Below, piece after piece: positions 22,060 to 34,925 of a DNA stretch of 64,000 nt (position 1 is its first letter; each line of letters opens with the position of its first letter). The stretch is from the NCBI GenBank assembly GCA_964188305.1, contig OZ076900.1; one strand, given 5' to 3'. This DNA is from Podarcis bocagei (taxonomy: Eukaryota). Below the pieces are notes generated by a model. It saw only the letters and a list, made by a program, of their open reading frames with translations, was not told the origin of the DNA and ran no database searches. The translations under genes were made by a program, and so were the position numbers.

Positions 22060-23685
22060 TTATTGATTACAGCAAGTGAGCGGTTGCATAGGCTCTGATT
22101 CGACTAGCTCCCTGCACCGTTGCAGGTAGTGCTGACCCAGGGCACCAGAATAGGTCAGCCAAGGGTGAAGACCTGGATAAGTGGAAAGCCGGGAACAGGC
22201 TATCTCCGCCACCCAAATGCCCCCCTGGTCTTAGGCTTGGGCACAATCCCCTCTCAGGGGTTGACCAAACCACCGAGTCCCTGGATTCCTTTAACGGAAT
22301 ACCCTTCACATAGGGATGGAGAAAGCGTGCCCCTATCCCTATCACCTGCACCAGAGCCTATCCACAACCTTACAAGTTGTGACAATTTGCTACTTGGCAG
22401 GTGAAACCCAAATGGCAACAGCCAATCAGCCAAGTGGGGGAAATTCCTGCTATGCCCCTGTCCCAACGACAGATGACACATGATGTCATAGCAAGGTCAA
22501 GCACAAAATCCCTAAAAGTAGGGAGAGGTGGGCGGGTGTTCTGATGCACGCGCTGAAACAGGAAGCTCTGGGTCACGTTCATAGGTATATATAGGTCCCT
22601 TGATCCATTTAGTTTGCGTCCCATTGGTCTGATTAAACCCTGCATCAAGGGACTTACCAGTTGGGTGTTGTGGCTATCCAATCTTACCCACCCATAACAC
22701 AGGGTTTGGTTGCCAGGTCTCACCGCAACACGTGCCCTCTTTAAGCGAGGACCTGATTTCTATGATTCTATGACTGTGAAAACAGGGTGCTGGACTAGAT
22801 GGTCACTAGCCTAATTCAGCCGGGCTCTTCTTGCATTCTTATGTTCTCTCCTTGCAATCTTATTGAGCATTAGCCATGGCTGCGCATTGCATTGCGTTCT
22901 TCTTCCAATTTATTTTAAAATTATTAATTTACACACCTGTTATTGCCAAAATAGGCTTCTAAATGGTTTACAAGACAAGAAAGAAAATTAAAGTGGATAT
23001 TCAGATCAAGAGATCAAGCGAATGACTCTGTAAACAGGTGCATTTTTAAAAGAGAGTAGAATGTCAATGTGGTTGAGGCCTCTTGCATTTCAGAAGGGGG
23101 TGCATTTCATAGCACAGGTTTCTTGGAACCATCTTTGCCAAGACACAGGTAACATGATTTTTTGGAGTGCCTTTTATCAGGTTAGACTGGTACACCAGCT
23201 AGGTGATGGGGCAGGCCCTTGATCTGCTTCCAAGTAACCCAGCCATAGGAGCCAACTCCAGGGAGCTGTGGGTGCCTGTACACCCACGATAATATAATTG
23301 TGGAGGCTAGGCACCCCACAAAGTCAATGAGAGAAGCTGGCAGGCAATAGTGGCGCTACCTCCAAGAGAGAAGCAGTTCAGCTCCGCTGTCCACAGCCGG
23401 CCAGTGAGCCACCCTTTTCTGGGGGGGGGGGACTTTGACATGGAGGCAGAGTGTCTCTGCCTCCGAGTCCAAGCCCCTTCCTGCGGAAAAGGGTGCATCT
23501 CTGGCTATGGAGAGGAGGAGGAAGAGGAGCCACCACCACAATGCAAACCTGCACATAGTTCATGTGATGCCACACACTACATTCAGGTATGTGTGTGTGA
23601 CGTTGCACATCCACGTTGTGGTGGTGGACACCCACAATCCTGAGAGTGAGATGGACCCAGCAATCAGTAAGAGCTGGTGAGTCCA

Positions 23686-24344
23686 TGTGAGAACTGCCAG
23701 CAACTTTGAGTTGTGGGCGCTCAGTGGAGATAACAGTTCGGGAAAGCAGCCATATATTACAGTTCTTTATTGCTTCTCGACATATTTACAAGCAGTTCAA
23801 GAAGAAGAAGAAGAAGAGTTTGGATTTGATATCCCGCCTTTCACTCCCCTTCAGGAGTCTCAAAGCGGCTAACAATCTCCTTTCCCTTCCTCCCCCACAA
23901 CAAACACTCTGTGAAGTGAGTGGGGCTGAGAGACTTCACAGAAGTGTGACTGGCCCAAGGTCACCCACCAGCTGCATGTGGAGGAGCGGAGACGCGAACC
24001 CGGTTACCCAGATTACGTGACTACCGCTCTTAACCACTACACCACACTGGCTCTCAAACAAGCGACCCGTTTGGGGTGGGATCAGCATAGCCACTGTCTC
24101 AGCCCTACCCGCCTCCTTCCTCTGTGACGAGAAGCACTTGCTCTCGGAAGTCCCTCCTCCCTCTCTAAATCACTTCCCTCTGACCCCCTTTCATCCTCCC
24201 TTTCCTCTGAGAACGAGAAGCTGCTAATCAAAGGGGATTTCTCCTGATAACCTCCCATGCTTTCCTCCCTCTCTGTGTCCAGTTCCCTGACAGTCCATTA
24301 GCCAATCAGCAGAGAGGGAGTGGAATTTAGGTTAGCTGTTAACA
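23686..24344 (-). mobile_element. Possible solo LTR, interrupted by a Squam2 SINE
   Basis: TGT..ACA ends with near-duplication GTCCA/GTTCA; TTTATT (minus-strand AATAAA) ~80 bp from the left end; CCAAT near the right end. Boundaries uncertain. Confidence 0.45.
23800..24055 (-). mobile_element. Squam2-type SINE, full length
   Basis: tRNA-like head GAGAGCCAGTGTGGTGTAGTGGTTAAGAGCGG..GGTTCGCGTC; (CTT)n tail. Confidence 0.92.
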
Positions 24345-26766
24345 GTTCAGTGGTCAAATGGGGTTTTTTGTCTGGGTGGGCAGACGGAGTCTTTGAGAAT
24401 TAGAGTGGGCTCAGATAGGGCGTATCTTTCAGTGGGAAAATAGTGAAATTGGCTCTCACTTAGAAAGAGTGATTGTCTGTAAGCAGACAAGGCTAGACTA
24501 TCTTTGTTGGGTTAGCTAGGCAGGGCAACCCGGTTTTGATTCCCTGAAGGGAAGTTAAATCCTAGAAGGCGCTGAGTAGCTATTGCTGATAGCCGTTCCA
24601 GGTGGGAAAAGTCTATCCAAGACTTCGCTTGATAAAGGGTGCTGTTTAAGAGTTTATCTATAAAGTGTTTGTGCCTCTGTAAAAACATTCACTGGTGCTC
24701 TAAGACCAAGACTTTTGAATTAATCCATCATCTCCCTACGTCTAGATTTACCTGTATGCTGCTTTGGTCTGACCTAATTTCCTGATTTGTTCCTTAACCA
24801 GCAGCAGTGATACACATTATTTGCATTCATGGTTTGGCTGTGTGACTAATTGAGGAAATTTGTAATCTTGCTGTCTCATATTGGCATTACATTGTATCGC
24901 TCCTTATTAAAATAGCCTGGCTCTTTTAATCTATGGCTTACAGATACTTATGTCTTTTTGCTTTCATACTAATATTATGGTATTAAGGCTGCTTGGAGTT
25001 TTTATGGTTTTCAAGAAGGGGGCACTTCTCAGTGCAGCTTATGTTAAATTTAACAGAAAATGCAAATATATGTTATATCCACACACACCCCAGTCTTATT
25101 TTCATAAGAGGGCACGTAAGGATAGGCAAATTTCTCTCTTTCATACCCATGCCATTTTTTAAAGCATTTGTACCCATTATTCCAGTATACTTTCTGATTC
25201 ACCTGTGATTTCATTTCTTTTTTATTTTAAAGCAAATCCTCTTTAACACACACACACGCACACACGCACACACTGTTTAAATGCTTATTTTGATACTGAA
25301 CTGTGTCACAATCGTGGAGATGGGAACAAACTTGGAAAATAGCAAAGTGTAGAGATGTACAGATGGGTCATTTCAACCAGGAATTTTCTATGTTCAGATT
25401 CATCAAATATCCTTACTGACAGAAGGGCACAATCTACTAGGATGCAATGAATGCCATCTCTACAGGAATCTTTCATTCTGCATGATTTAGTAAGGGGTTG
25501 AGAATTATCATCAATTGCCTCCGAACCAGACATTAACTATGCTAAAAAGTACCCATTTTTACAAATGTGCCAGATAAATAAAAAGTCATGTTTCCTATAA
25601 ATGTAGATCATAGCTATTTCTCTGCATTAAGTAAATCGAACAATTTCCAGCTGTGCTTCCCTGAGACATTAGCGTGTCAAGAATGCAGCATTTTGAATTT
25701 TGCAAAATGAACTTTGTACCAATAAAATATAGCATGTAGATATTTCAGAATATTTAGCATGTTATTCAGAAGTTGGCCCAGTATACTTTTCCATTGAAAA
25801 CTGAAGTTTCTGCATCCCATAATGCCAAGCATATATAGAATCACTCCTAAGGCAAATAGTATTTAATTTGCGAAAGAACAAGGAAGCGGGCGGAACTGTT
25901 AATTACAATTCAACCTGAAATTTACTAATCCAAAAGATTTTTGTAGCCCTTAGCATTAATATTACAATCATTGGCCTAAATGGGTGTTTTTCTTTATGTC
26001 GTTGAATATTTTTTTACTATCGTTGCTTTTATGTTGCTTCATTGTTCTTCTGTTGCATTTGCATTATTATTGTTAGCTGCCTTCAGCACCACTTGGTAGA
26101 CAAGTGATGTAGAAATGCAACCCCCCTGAATAACAATTTCTGGGGGACATGAGTGAGTGAGCGCTCTTGTCAGAAGAGACGAGTCCATTTGGGCAGGTGG
26201 GACATGGCCCCACCAACCCCAGTTGGCCCTCAGCCTACCATCTTTGTTACAGCTAGCACAGGGTGTGGCCCTGCCTCTCAGCTCCTTCCTACTGCATCTC
26301 GTCATTGCCCTTGGAGAACTCAGCAGAGAGAAGGAACAAAACCAGAATTAGGTTGTTTTTCCCCTCCTGCTTTTCATTCATTCTGGCTGTACCTGTCATT
26401 GACTCTGGCTCAACTTACTGTTGGTCTTCCTGCCTTCTGCCCTACCAGTCTCTATGGAAACCAACCATTGCTGGTTCTTCTGGTCTTGTTTCCATAGGCA
26501 TCTGCTGGCCATTGTAGGAAACTGGATACTGACCTAGACAGGCCATGGATGAGAGAAGTCATGGTTGAGAGGTTGGGACTCAAGGCCCTTGGGACTCTTC
26601 CCCAGCCACATACCCTCTCTCTAGGCCACACCTTTCACTGGGCCTCATTTGGACCTTACTTCAGTATTTAAGCTGGGCTGCAATGTGTCCTTGAACTCTC
26701 ATCTCATCATGCTTTTTGTGAGTTTGGATGATGGACCTGCCTATTACTGGTATGCAGCCCCTAGAA

Positions 26767-26904
26767 CAGCTGTTCTCAACCTGCAGGTCCCCAGATGTTG
26801 TTGGACTACAATGCCCATCATTCCTGAGCTCTGGCCTTGCTAGCTAGGGGTGGTGGGAATTGTAGTCCAACAACATCTGGGGACCCACAGGCTGAGAAAG
26901 GCTG
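26767..26904. mobile_element. Palindromic hAT-Charlie-like MITE
   Basis: TIR CAGCTGTTCTCAACCTG/CAGGCTGAGAAAGGCTG; perfect 8-bp TSD CCCTAGAA (26759-26766 and 26905-26912). Degraded relatives at about 31410, 32440, 40377, 41250, 42668, 42964, 47910, 48620, 52421 and 56988. Confidence 0.92.
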
Positions 26905-28165
26905 CCCTAGAAGGGTGTATGGAAGGGAATGCAGCCCTCAGGCTGCAAAAGATTCTATCTATCTATCATCTATCTATCATCTATCACCAATGTGGCAGGG
27001 AATCCTTAATTTACTAGCTTAGAGAAGGCTGGGATTGCTGGGTTTTCTTTCTTTAGGTTTTTCTGTTTGTCTCTCTTCTTATATTTTAGTTGGTTGTGAA
27101 TTTTCCTCACATCCAAAGCCATCCTGATGCTACCATAAGTCAACTCCTCTGAGATTTGAAGTTTGACTGACACTATCTACTCTGACTAGTTCAGGGATCT
27201 CCCATAAGCCATTTCTGGATGGAAGCATGTGTCACAAATGGCATGAAAGCTCAGAGAATTTGGCATATCATTTTCTTTTCGGGCTGTTATAATTATCTCG
27301 GGGATCTTTCTTTTTGCCCGGTGACTTCAATTTCCTCTGCTCGACAGACCTTATCTATCAACGGCTTAAACCATGTTTACAAATAATGCTTGTAGGTCTC
27401 TGCTTTTGATGCCAAATTATTGCATAAGCTGTTGATCTTTATTACAGATTTGCTGTGTGTTACTAAATATGATGGTAATTATACAACTGGGCTGTCTACA
27501 TCTTGTAGAATTTTCTTTTATTCTGTGTTTGATGGCTTTCTTTTTGTTGGCCTCATTCAAATCAAATATGACAGTGTATTTGCTTGTTAAATTAATCTCA
27601 GTTATTCAATCATTTCAATTGGAAACACAAGGACCATTATATATAGAAATTTCCTGCACAAGCGCAATATGGCCATTTAGCAGAGGAAAAGCTAAAATGT
27701 CACAGGTGCAGATCCGGAGAGCAAAATCTTGGGGGAATGTGCTCAGTCAGATAGATAGAGTATTGGGAGACTTTCTACAAAAAACTTGGAATCTTAGCAG
27801 CTCATGTTTTAGCTGCTCAATGGAATTATATCTAGGCTTTTGAACTGAGGTGACAGTAAGAAATAAACACTGTAAAGCTAGGACAACAGCGTCTGTAACA
27901 TATCACTTTGAAACATTCCCTGTCTCTGGGTTTCATTGGCTTGGTACTTGTCAGAGGTGAAGTGGGATCTCCATGAGGTGACATGAAGTGCTTTGTGGTG
28001 CTTTGGCAATCCAGCATTGGGCGGCAGAGTACTTCTAAGGACCAGTTGCTGGCAATCACAAACAGGGAGCCTGCAGTTGTACTAAGGTCCTGTCTATGAG
28101 CTTCCCATCAGCACCTAGTTGGCCACAGTGTAACAAAGAAGTAGATGGGCTTTTAGTCTGATTTC

Positions 28166-30010
28166 TCAACAGAGGTCATCACATAAGGTAACCAGGGCAG
28201 TTTCGGTGCCAAAAACAGACCCAAACCCTGATTGATTTTCTAGATCCATTTGAGTCTCCTCTAAGAGCACCTGGATCTGGTCAGTGGCCACCCACTCACG
28301 AATTTTGCCCCCAAAAGGGAGGTTGGAAACTAGCCAGTCATGTCTTAGGTTCTCAGAATCTATCGGTGGTTTCTTAAGAAGCAGTCTTATAACTGGCTTC
28401 TTCAAATACATAGGCACCACCCCCTATTGTAAAGAGGCATTGATCACCTCCCTGGCCCAGATAGCTGTCTTCTCTCTGCAAGATTTTATCAACCAAGAGG
28501 AGCAAGGGTGCAGGTAGTTGCCCAAAATGATCTAAGCACCTTGTCCACCTCCTCAAGCTGCAGCAACTAAAAATCTTACAACAAAACTGGACTAGACAGT
28601 GCTCTCGACATCTCTCAAGATCCAACTGCTATAATAACAAAATCAAAGATGCAAATAGTTTTATCCTTAAAATGCTTTGTAAAGAAGTCACAGTGAGCTA
28701 TCATCAGTTCTACTACCTCTTTCAGGCCTGACTGTAAAAGGCCCCACATTGCCCAGAAAAGCTCTGCTGGACAGCGCAATGAGGTTGCAATACAGGCAGC
28801 AAGGTATGCTTTCTCCAGCAGTGGAGCAAGCCGATCAGGCGCCTGGGGCGGCGCATATGCCCTGCGCCCAGGAGCAGGGCCAGTCGCCCACGGGGGCAGG
28901 GCAAGCTGGGGCAGGACGCTCCACAGGGCCTCCGAGGAGTCTGCCTGTCTCCTCCCACTCAGCTGCCCTACAGGCAGCAAAGCGGACCGTTTGGGCACCA
29001 CAGAGTCTGTGGACGATCAAGCCACTGCATCTCTCCCAGGAGAGATGCATGGCTCAGGCACGATTCAGTCCCTCCAGTGTGTGTCGCCTAGCATTTTGTC
29101 ACCCCCCCCTCAGTGGTGACACCCAGGGCAGCCTGCCCCCACCACACCCCCTTTCCTCCACCCCTGGCTTTCTCTGATGCCTTCACTGCTACTGCCACAT
29201 TCGACAATGTCTACTCATCATTGTTCGGTTGCATTTGTCTCAGGTTTTCCTCCACTGGCCTTCAGGATGTCTTCCAGCTTGTTTCTTTGCCCTAAGCTCT
29301 GGGGTATATCAGGGAGCCAACAGACACTGCAAAGCAGGAGAGGCCCAAGTCATCCTGATGTTGCACAGATCAGCCACGAGTGCCACTCATATCAGCCGGA
29401 AAATCACCCAGAGCCAGCTGGAAAACCACTCAGATCCATCAACCATCCTAATGGGTCCACTGCCTCTGCTGAGGGGGAGAAGTGCCTAAATCTCAGCAGG
29501 AAGTGATCTGACTATGGCAAGGGGCTGATGTCAATATATCCCACTTTCAGATCACCTTCTTCCCACCGAATCTAAAAGACAAGATCCAGAGTGTGACCCA
29601 TGAGATGTGTCAGGCCGATGGCATGTTGGGACAGTCTCATGGGAGCCATGAAGTCCTGCCCCAGAGCCAGTCACCTTTGCATGTCCCCCTGAACCAGAAA
29701 CCAGAAGGCCTCAACACTGCTCCTGAGACCAGCTCTGTCAGCTCAGACAGGGAGACTGCTGGGTAGCAAAGTAGGCACTAAACCAGCAGAATTCCTAATC
29801 TGTCCCAATTATTCAGCACCAGGAACAGACACTCTAGATCCCCATGCAGAAAGCCTGGCAAGAGAAAGGGAGCTTCTATCAACCACAGCAACCCCTTTCT
29901 GGCCCTCAAGTCTGCTCTGATGTTGTGCTGAGTACCCAGGTGGGCAGAATTGGTGAGACCAACTCCTCTCTGCTCACTCATTCAGGTCTCAGCAATACAG
30001 ACCATCTTCC
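28166..30010 (-). mobile_element. Degraded internal L2 ORF2 fragment (APE endonuclease to start of RT)
   Basis: Minus-strand remnants in order: MVCIAET* (CITETW motif), GYSAQHQSR..GVAVV, LGILLV, ..LLKKP..VSNLPFGGK..QSGFG..GTETALVTLCDDL; many frameshifts and stops. Confidence 0.85.
28816..29166. mobile_element. GC-rich hAT MITE inserted in L2
   Basis: Ends CAGCAGTGGAGCAA and TTCCTCCACCCCTG; perfect 8-bp TSD GCTTTCTC (28808-28815 and 29167-29174). Confidence 0.85.
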
Positions 30011-31739
30011 TGTAAAGTAACCTGGTTAATGCCTGTGCTTTGATTCCTTTTATTTCTTTGTGGGACCAGCTGTGGACACATATTCAAAACCTTTTCAAAG
30101 TTTCAAACTGTTTCTTCCAGCAAATGTTTTGAAATGTGTTAATATTCTAGGCCAGCTATTGAGAACCATGTATTCCCCCCACCCACCCCAATGTGTGCAT
30201 AATACATACGTTCAGCAACTTTCCTGCTTTCATCCCATTATTAAAGGAATTTGTTTCATTTTCTATCTCTCTTTTTTCATTATATTTGTAATTCTGATTT
30301 ATATGCTTTTATTTCTTGACTTGCAGCAAATACAACTTGACTTGTAACCAGTATTCCACTGCCATAAAGACAATTTCCATACCACACTTTTGTCTCTGTC
30401 ACTCAAGATATGATGCCATTAAACATTTAAAACATCTTCAAAATTCACCTGCATGGGAAGTCTGAATGCTATTAATGTAACGATATCAAGTCCATTGAAA
30501 TGTGAGTGCTTTTCAAATTGATAACCTTGGACTTTTAAAACTTTAATACCTAGTTTTGATCAAAACAAAAACATACCACATGCAAAAAGTAGATTAAAAG
30601 GGCAAAATAAAGCAAATCACCTTTGTTCTACCATAAGAAATGAAAGCTGTGTGGATATTTCAGACACAGATATATCTGTCAGAGTTTATTTTATTGTTGT
30701 ATAGGTCTTTTATATTGCAATGTGCATATATTCTGTTTACCAGGAAACAACACCAAATCCCCACATTCTCTGGCAAGTTTAAAAGCAATATATCTGAACT
30801 AATCTGCATTTCCCAGAATGAAACTGCAGAATACCATTTTTTGTGTACCTAGTGTATTGTGAGTTTGCTATACAAATCTAAGAGCATTAAAGGTTTTGGG
30901 ATAGTACTTTTGACATCACAAGACTTGATTATTTCACCTATTACAGTTGCAAAATGTGGATCTAATAGCAAATCTTTGTAATGAGTTGAACCAACTTAGA
31001 ATTGGTCTTTTTGTTTTGCTGTTACTTTCTAATAGCAGGAACTTGATTAGATAATAAGCAGAATGACTTGAGGGGTGGAGGCACTGAAGTTTAATAGCCA
31101 GCATCTTATACCCTGACACTGCAAGAGGAGTATGTGTTAATCTTACAGTATAACTATCATCATTACCATGCTACCAAAGCTAATGAGGATTTTTTTTTGC
31201 CACGGACTTCAAGGGTTTTTGTCTTACAGATTATTTAACTCTGGTTATGCAGCACAGGAACGAATCCTAGCTGAGTGCATAATAATTATACCATGCTTTC
31301 AGTTCCTTATGATTCTATGGGTCTTTCCTGTGTTAAAACATACCGTAAATCTGTAAACAAAACACACTGTTTATGGAGATACACAGTCTCAGCATCTTTT
31401 TGAGGTACAAATCCCACCATCTCTAGTCCTTGTCCATGTTGGCTGAGACTAATGAGACTTGGATTTCCACAACTTCTTGGGGGGGGGGCAGGTTCCCCAT
31501 CCCTTTATTTGTAATCCTTGATTACAAGCAGAATGGTGTAGAAGCAGAATGACATACTGAGCCATAAATACCTAAAATTCCAAACAGCCATAAATATTCA
31601 CAGAGATAAAAACACGTGGTCTTCAAAAATATAGAGCAGCTTCATCCAGCAAAGTAAATTAACAACCAGTGTCCTATAGATGCCTGAGGTGTGTTTGGAT
31701 CCAGCACAAACAAAGTTCTGGAGGGAGGGTTATTGCCAG

Positions 31740-31830
31740 TTGTATGGTGGGGGAGGGGAGGCATTCCATAGAAAGGAGCCACCACAGAGAAGGCCCTTAT
31801 CTTTAGACACCTGAGCAATGTGAGCACTGG
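31740..31830 (-). mobile_element. Old L2 3' remnant (another at ~42515-42665)
   Basis: Minus frame IRAFSVVAP motif. Confidence 0.55.
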
Positions 31831-34490
31831 TAATGGGCAACTCATGTTTGCCAGAACTCTAGGTCTGAAGTCCTTAGGTTTGCCAGGGCCCGGCCAGGTA
31901 CCAGGTGGAGGTCTTGAATCTCCAGGTGGGTGAGAGTGCATATATTATATGATCCATATATTATATGATTATATGATGCATCTTGCATCTTGCATCTTGC
32001 AAACTTCAGCCTGGCAGGAGCTAGCTACAAATTATGGCATAGGCACTCTGATGCATCTGTCCTCCTTCTCACCCCTCCCATTAACCTCCATCTCCAGGAC
32101 AACACAGGAGAAACCCCCTGACATCACCAGGGGCTGCCCAAGTTATCAGCTTTGGGCCCTGAAATTACAGGGTCTGGGGTGCTCTCAACTGGCAATGCTA
32201 TAACAACTCATGGTGGAAAGATTCTGTACATATGGTAAGAGGTGCACATTGATATGGACTGGTAGAAGATAAATCAGGGGAGGCTTTTTGCATATGTTCG
32301 AACGCACACATCAACAGGATCTGATAGTGTAACTTGAGGAAAGGATGTCTGCTTATGCTCTGGGACCCAAACCTCTAGGGATTGGTAGTGTGGTTGAAAG
32401 AGGCTCCTACATCTACATAGGGGCACATATCCATATCCCAGTGATGGGGATCCGGTTGGACTACACTCCCACCATCTCTGATTGTTGGCCATGCTGCCTG
32501 GAGGTGATGGGACCTGGAGTCCAATCTAGAGGGTCAAAGATTCCTCTGGGATGTCACTATACTGCCACATATTGACTTACTTTGGCAATCCCATCCCCAA
32601 AGCAAAGAACTTCCAAGTGCATGTCTCCCCACCTCAAGCATTCCACCTTGAGTAGTTATTTTGCTTGGACACCATCAAGAAAAGTGTCAGAGACATTTGA
32701 ATTTAATTTATTTACAGGTGAAAGCTTTCACTCTGAATTTAAACTAACTCCAGTATTTCAACTGTGGCATGAGATCTATGGAAACAAATGAACTGCTGGG
32801 TCAGATAGTTGCACAAATGTCTTGGAAATCAGACTGGCATAATTATAATCTTAATGAAATACTGATTTGAATAATAAACCACAAACAAATTACATAACAT
32901 CACTGTAGAACCTCTGCAGGTTTTTTAACTGCTTATTTTGTGATCAAACTGACTAAAGTCTTAATCTTGGGAACTATTGATAAAGTTACATTCACAAAGT
33001 AAAGAAGAAAGTAACTCTTTTGTGTCTTGGGTGAAAGCGTCTCACTAACCAACAGAGAATGTTATCCAAAGGAAAAAGCCAAACCCTTTAAGGTGGAGGA
33101 GGAATACAACTTAATTAGATTTGACTATTATGTAAACAACCATTACACTGCTCTTCAGCTGAATAGGCTCCCAGGGTATTTTTTAACGTAATACTGAAAA
33201 GGAACGACAATAAACCAGGTAGTCCCTGCCCACATGTTTGCATTCTAAAATACACATCATGAAAGTAAATAAAGATGGGGAGAAAGAGGGAAGGTGGGGA
33301 AGCTCACAAACCAAATCTCAAAGTTACAGTGTTCTCATAATGACAGCTTGAAAGGAAACAAATAGTTCAGTGAGAAGAAGAGACAAAACTGAGCTGGTCT
33401 CTTAGCTAACACAATAAACGGGGTCCTGCAGTTCCATCTCTCCATCTGCTGCAGCTGGATGCAATCGCCATTACATTTTTTGTCACAACTAGGCTTTACT
33501 TTGAATAGGTTAGAACAACTGGTAAAAGCTCCCGCAGTGACATGAGCATTCCAATGAAATGGCAGTAGAAACCAATGTTCTGCATGGTGGACAGAAATCT
33601 AGGAATCATCCTTATACCAGGCCAGCCTTCCTGTCTGTCCAGCCCAGTGTAGTTTGCTCCATCTTTCACCAAGCCAATGCCCACCAGAGGTTTTGAACCC
33701 ATGAGCCCCAGGTGTTATGGCGAACACCAGCCTATTAGAGAAGCCAAAATATTTGGTTAATCAGTCCCACCCATGAAGACCAAGAACCTTGTCACAGGTA
33801 TAGCTGGTTTCCAGGAGAAATACCTATTTTGTGGGGAGAGTGCTGTTGGTGGTGGGTCTCTGCTGTTGGCAGCCCAGCAGTGGGGAGGCCCCAAAGTGCA
33901 GCTCTTTGGAGTGTGACATAGGGTACTCCCCAGGGCAATTGGTTGGGGATGGGCTGGCTCCTAGGCAAGAGACTGGAGCAGCCAGTTTGTGGCTGGCAGG
34001 GATGTGAGTTTACCTGGCTTTCAAGTGAGAAGTGGGGTACTTGGTGAGGTTTTTCTGTAGTGAGAGCATGAATGCAGCTCATAGGTGCATATCCAGTGTG
34101 AATGGTGGGTATTTTGCAATTTTACATTGTTTTGATTTATCTACTGCAATTTTTGGACCTTACTTTTATATCAATATGCTGCTCAATGCTTTGGGAACCT
34201 TTGGGTCAAAAAGTAACATATAAATGCATAGCTGTGATGTGTTGGCAAAGTTGTTTAAATAATGCAGGCAGAGTCGGAAGAGAAAATAAACCTGGTACCA
34301 CGTTACTGAGCAAACTCAACCAAAACAGTGCAAATTCTGAGGTGAAAAGAACAGAGAGGTTTTGTCTTTCTCAGGTCAAATCATATACACAGCAGGGAGA
34401 CATTCAATCAAGCATACAGGTTTAAAACTCACTCAGAACTGTGAGTGCAGGTGCTATGCAGTCCTGAAGCAGGGATTCCTGACCTACACA

Positions 34491-34925
34491 CACTGGCGGA
34501 GGAAGAGGATTGCAGGGGGAGCGCGCCACCCCCCAGCGTGATCCCCAGGGTGCTATCACAGCTATCCCTCCCCCCGTGCTGGGTGCCCCACCCCCACAAG
34601 GTGGCGCACCCCATCCCGGGATGTGCACCAGCCCTGCTCCCGCCTGCTCTCTGCCCCTCAGTGCCAGAGCATGAAGCTCTGCCACTGCCTACACAGCCAG
34701 TTACAGCACATGCTAATTCAGTGAAAGTCATGCCACCAGTGGCAGAGGAAGGGGGCGGTGGGGGCGGTCAGCCCCAGGTGTCATCCCTGAGGGGCGTGTG
34801 ATATCGCCGCACCCCCCCCCAGGACACTCACCATGGGCGGTGCCCCCGCAGGCAACTAGCCCTGCCCCAAGGTGCACAGCTTGTGAACTGCTCTGGGTGC
34901 CAGAGCAGCTAGCTCCACCTCTGCA
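34491..34925. mobile_element. Two head-to-tail GC-rich hAT MITE fragments related to 28816-29166
   Basis: CACTGGCGGAGGAAG (34491) and CAGTGGCAGAGGAAGGGGGCGGTGGGGGCGG..CCCAGGTGTCATCCCTGAGGGG (34737) match the reverse complement of the right end of 28816-29166. Confidence 0.6.

Larger units (their letters stand above)
20843..22757 (-). mobile_element. LTR-like repeat, copy 2 (~790 bp after removing the RTE-X insert)
   Basis: Collinear with 3201-4014; same ends (TT)GYGTGT..GAT(TT)C. Confidence 0.75.
20781..22773 (+). mobile_element. Short CR1 3' end (20781-20842 joined to 22760-22773), second layer of the stack
   Basis: GATTCCTGCATTGCAGGGAGTTGGACTAGATGACC..CTACAATTCTATGGTT continues as CTATGATTCTATGA (ATTCTATG tail repeat). 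Confidence 0.8.
20581..22847 (+). mobile_element. Old CR1 3' fragment (20581-20780 joined to 22774-22847), outer layer of a nested stack
   Basis: ..GGTATCTGGTTGGCCACT resumes as (CT)GTGAAAACAGGGTGCTGGACTAGATGG..ATGTTCT; compare the uninterrupted copy at 19700-19790. Confidence 0.8.

Noticed and set aside
23244-23685. hAT MITE with CATAGGAGCCAACTC end (similar GC-rich pieces at ~15088-15510, 45190-45446 and 59890-60200)
   Set aside because: Probably TE-derived, but matching second termini and TSDs could not be established, so they are not listed as features.
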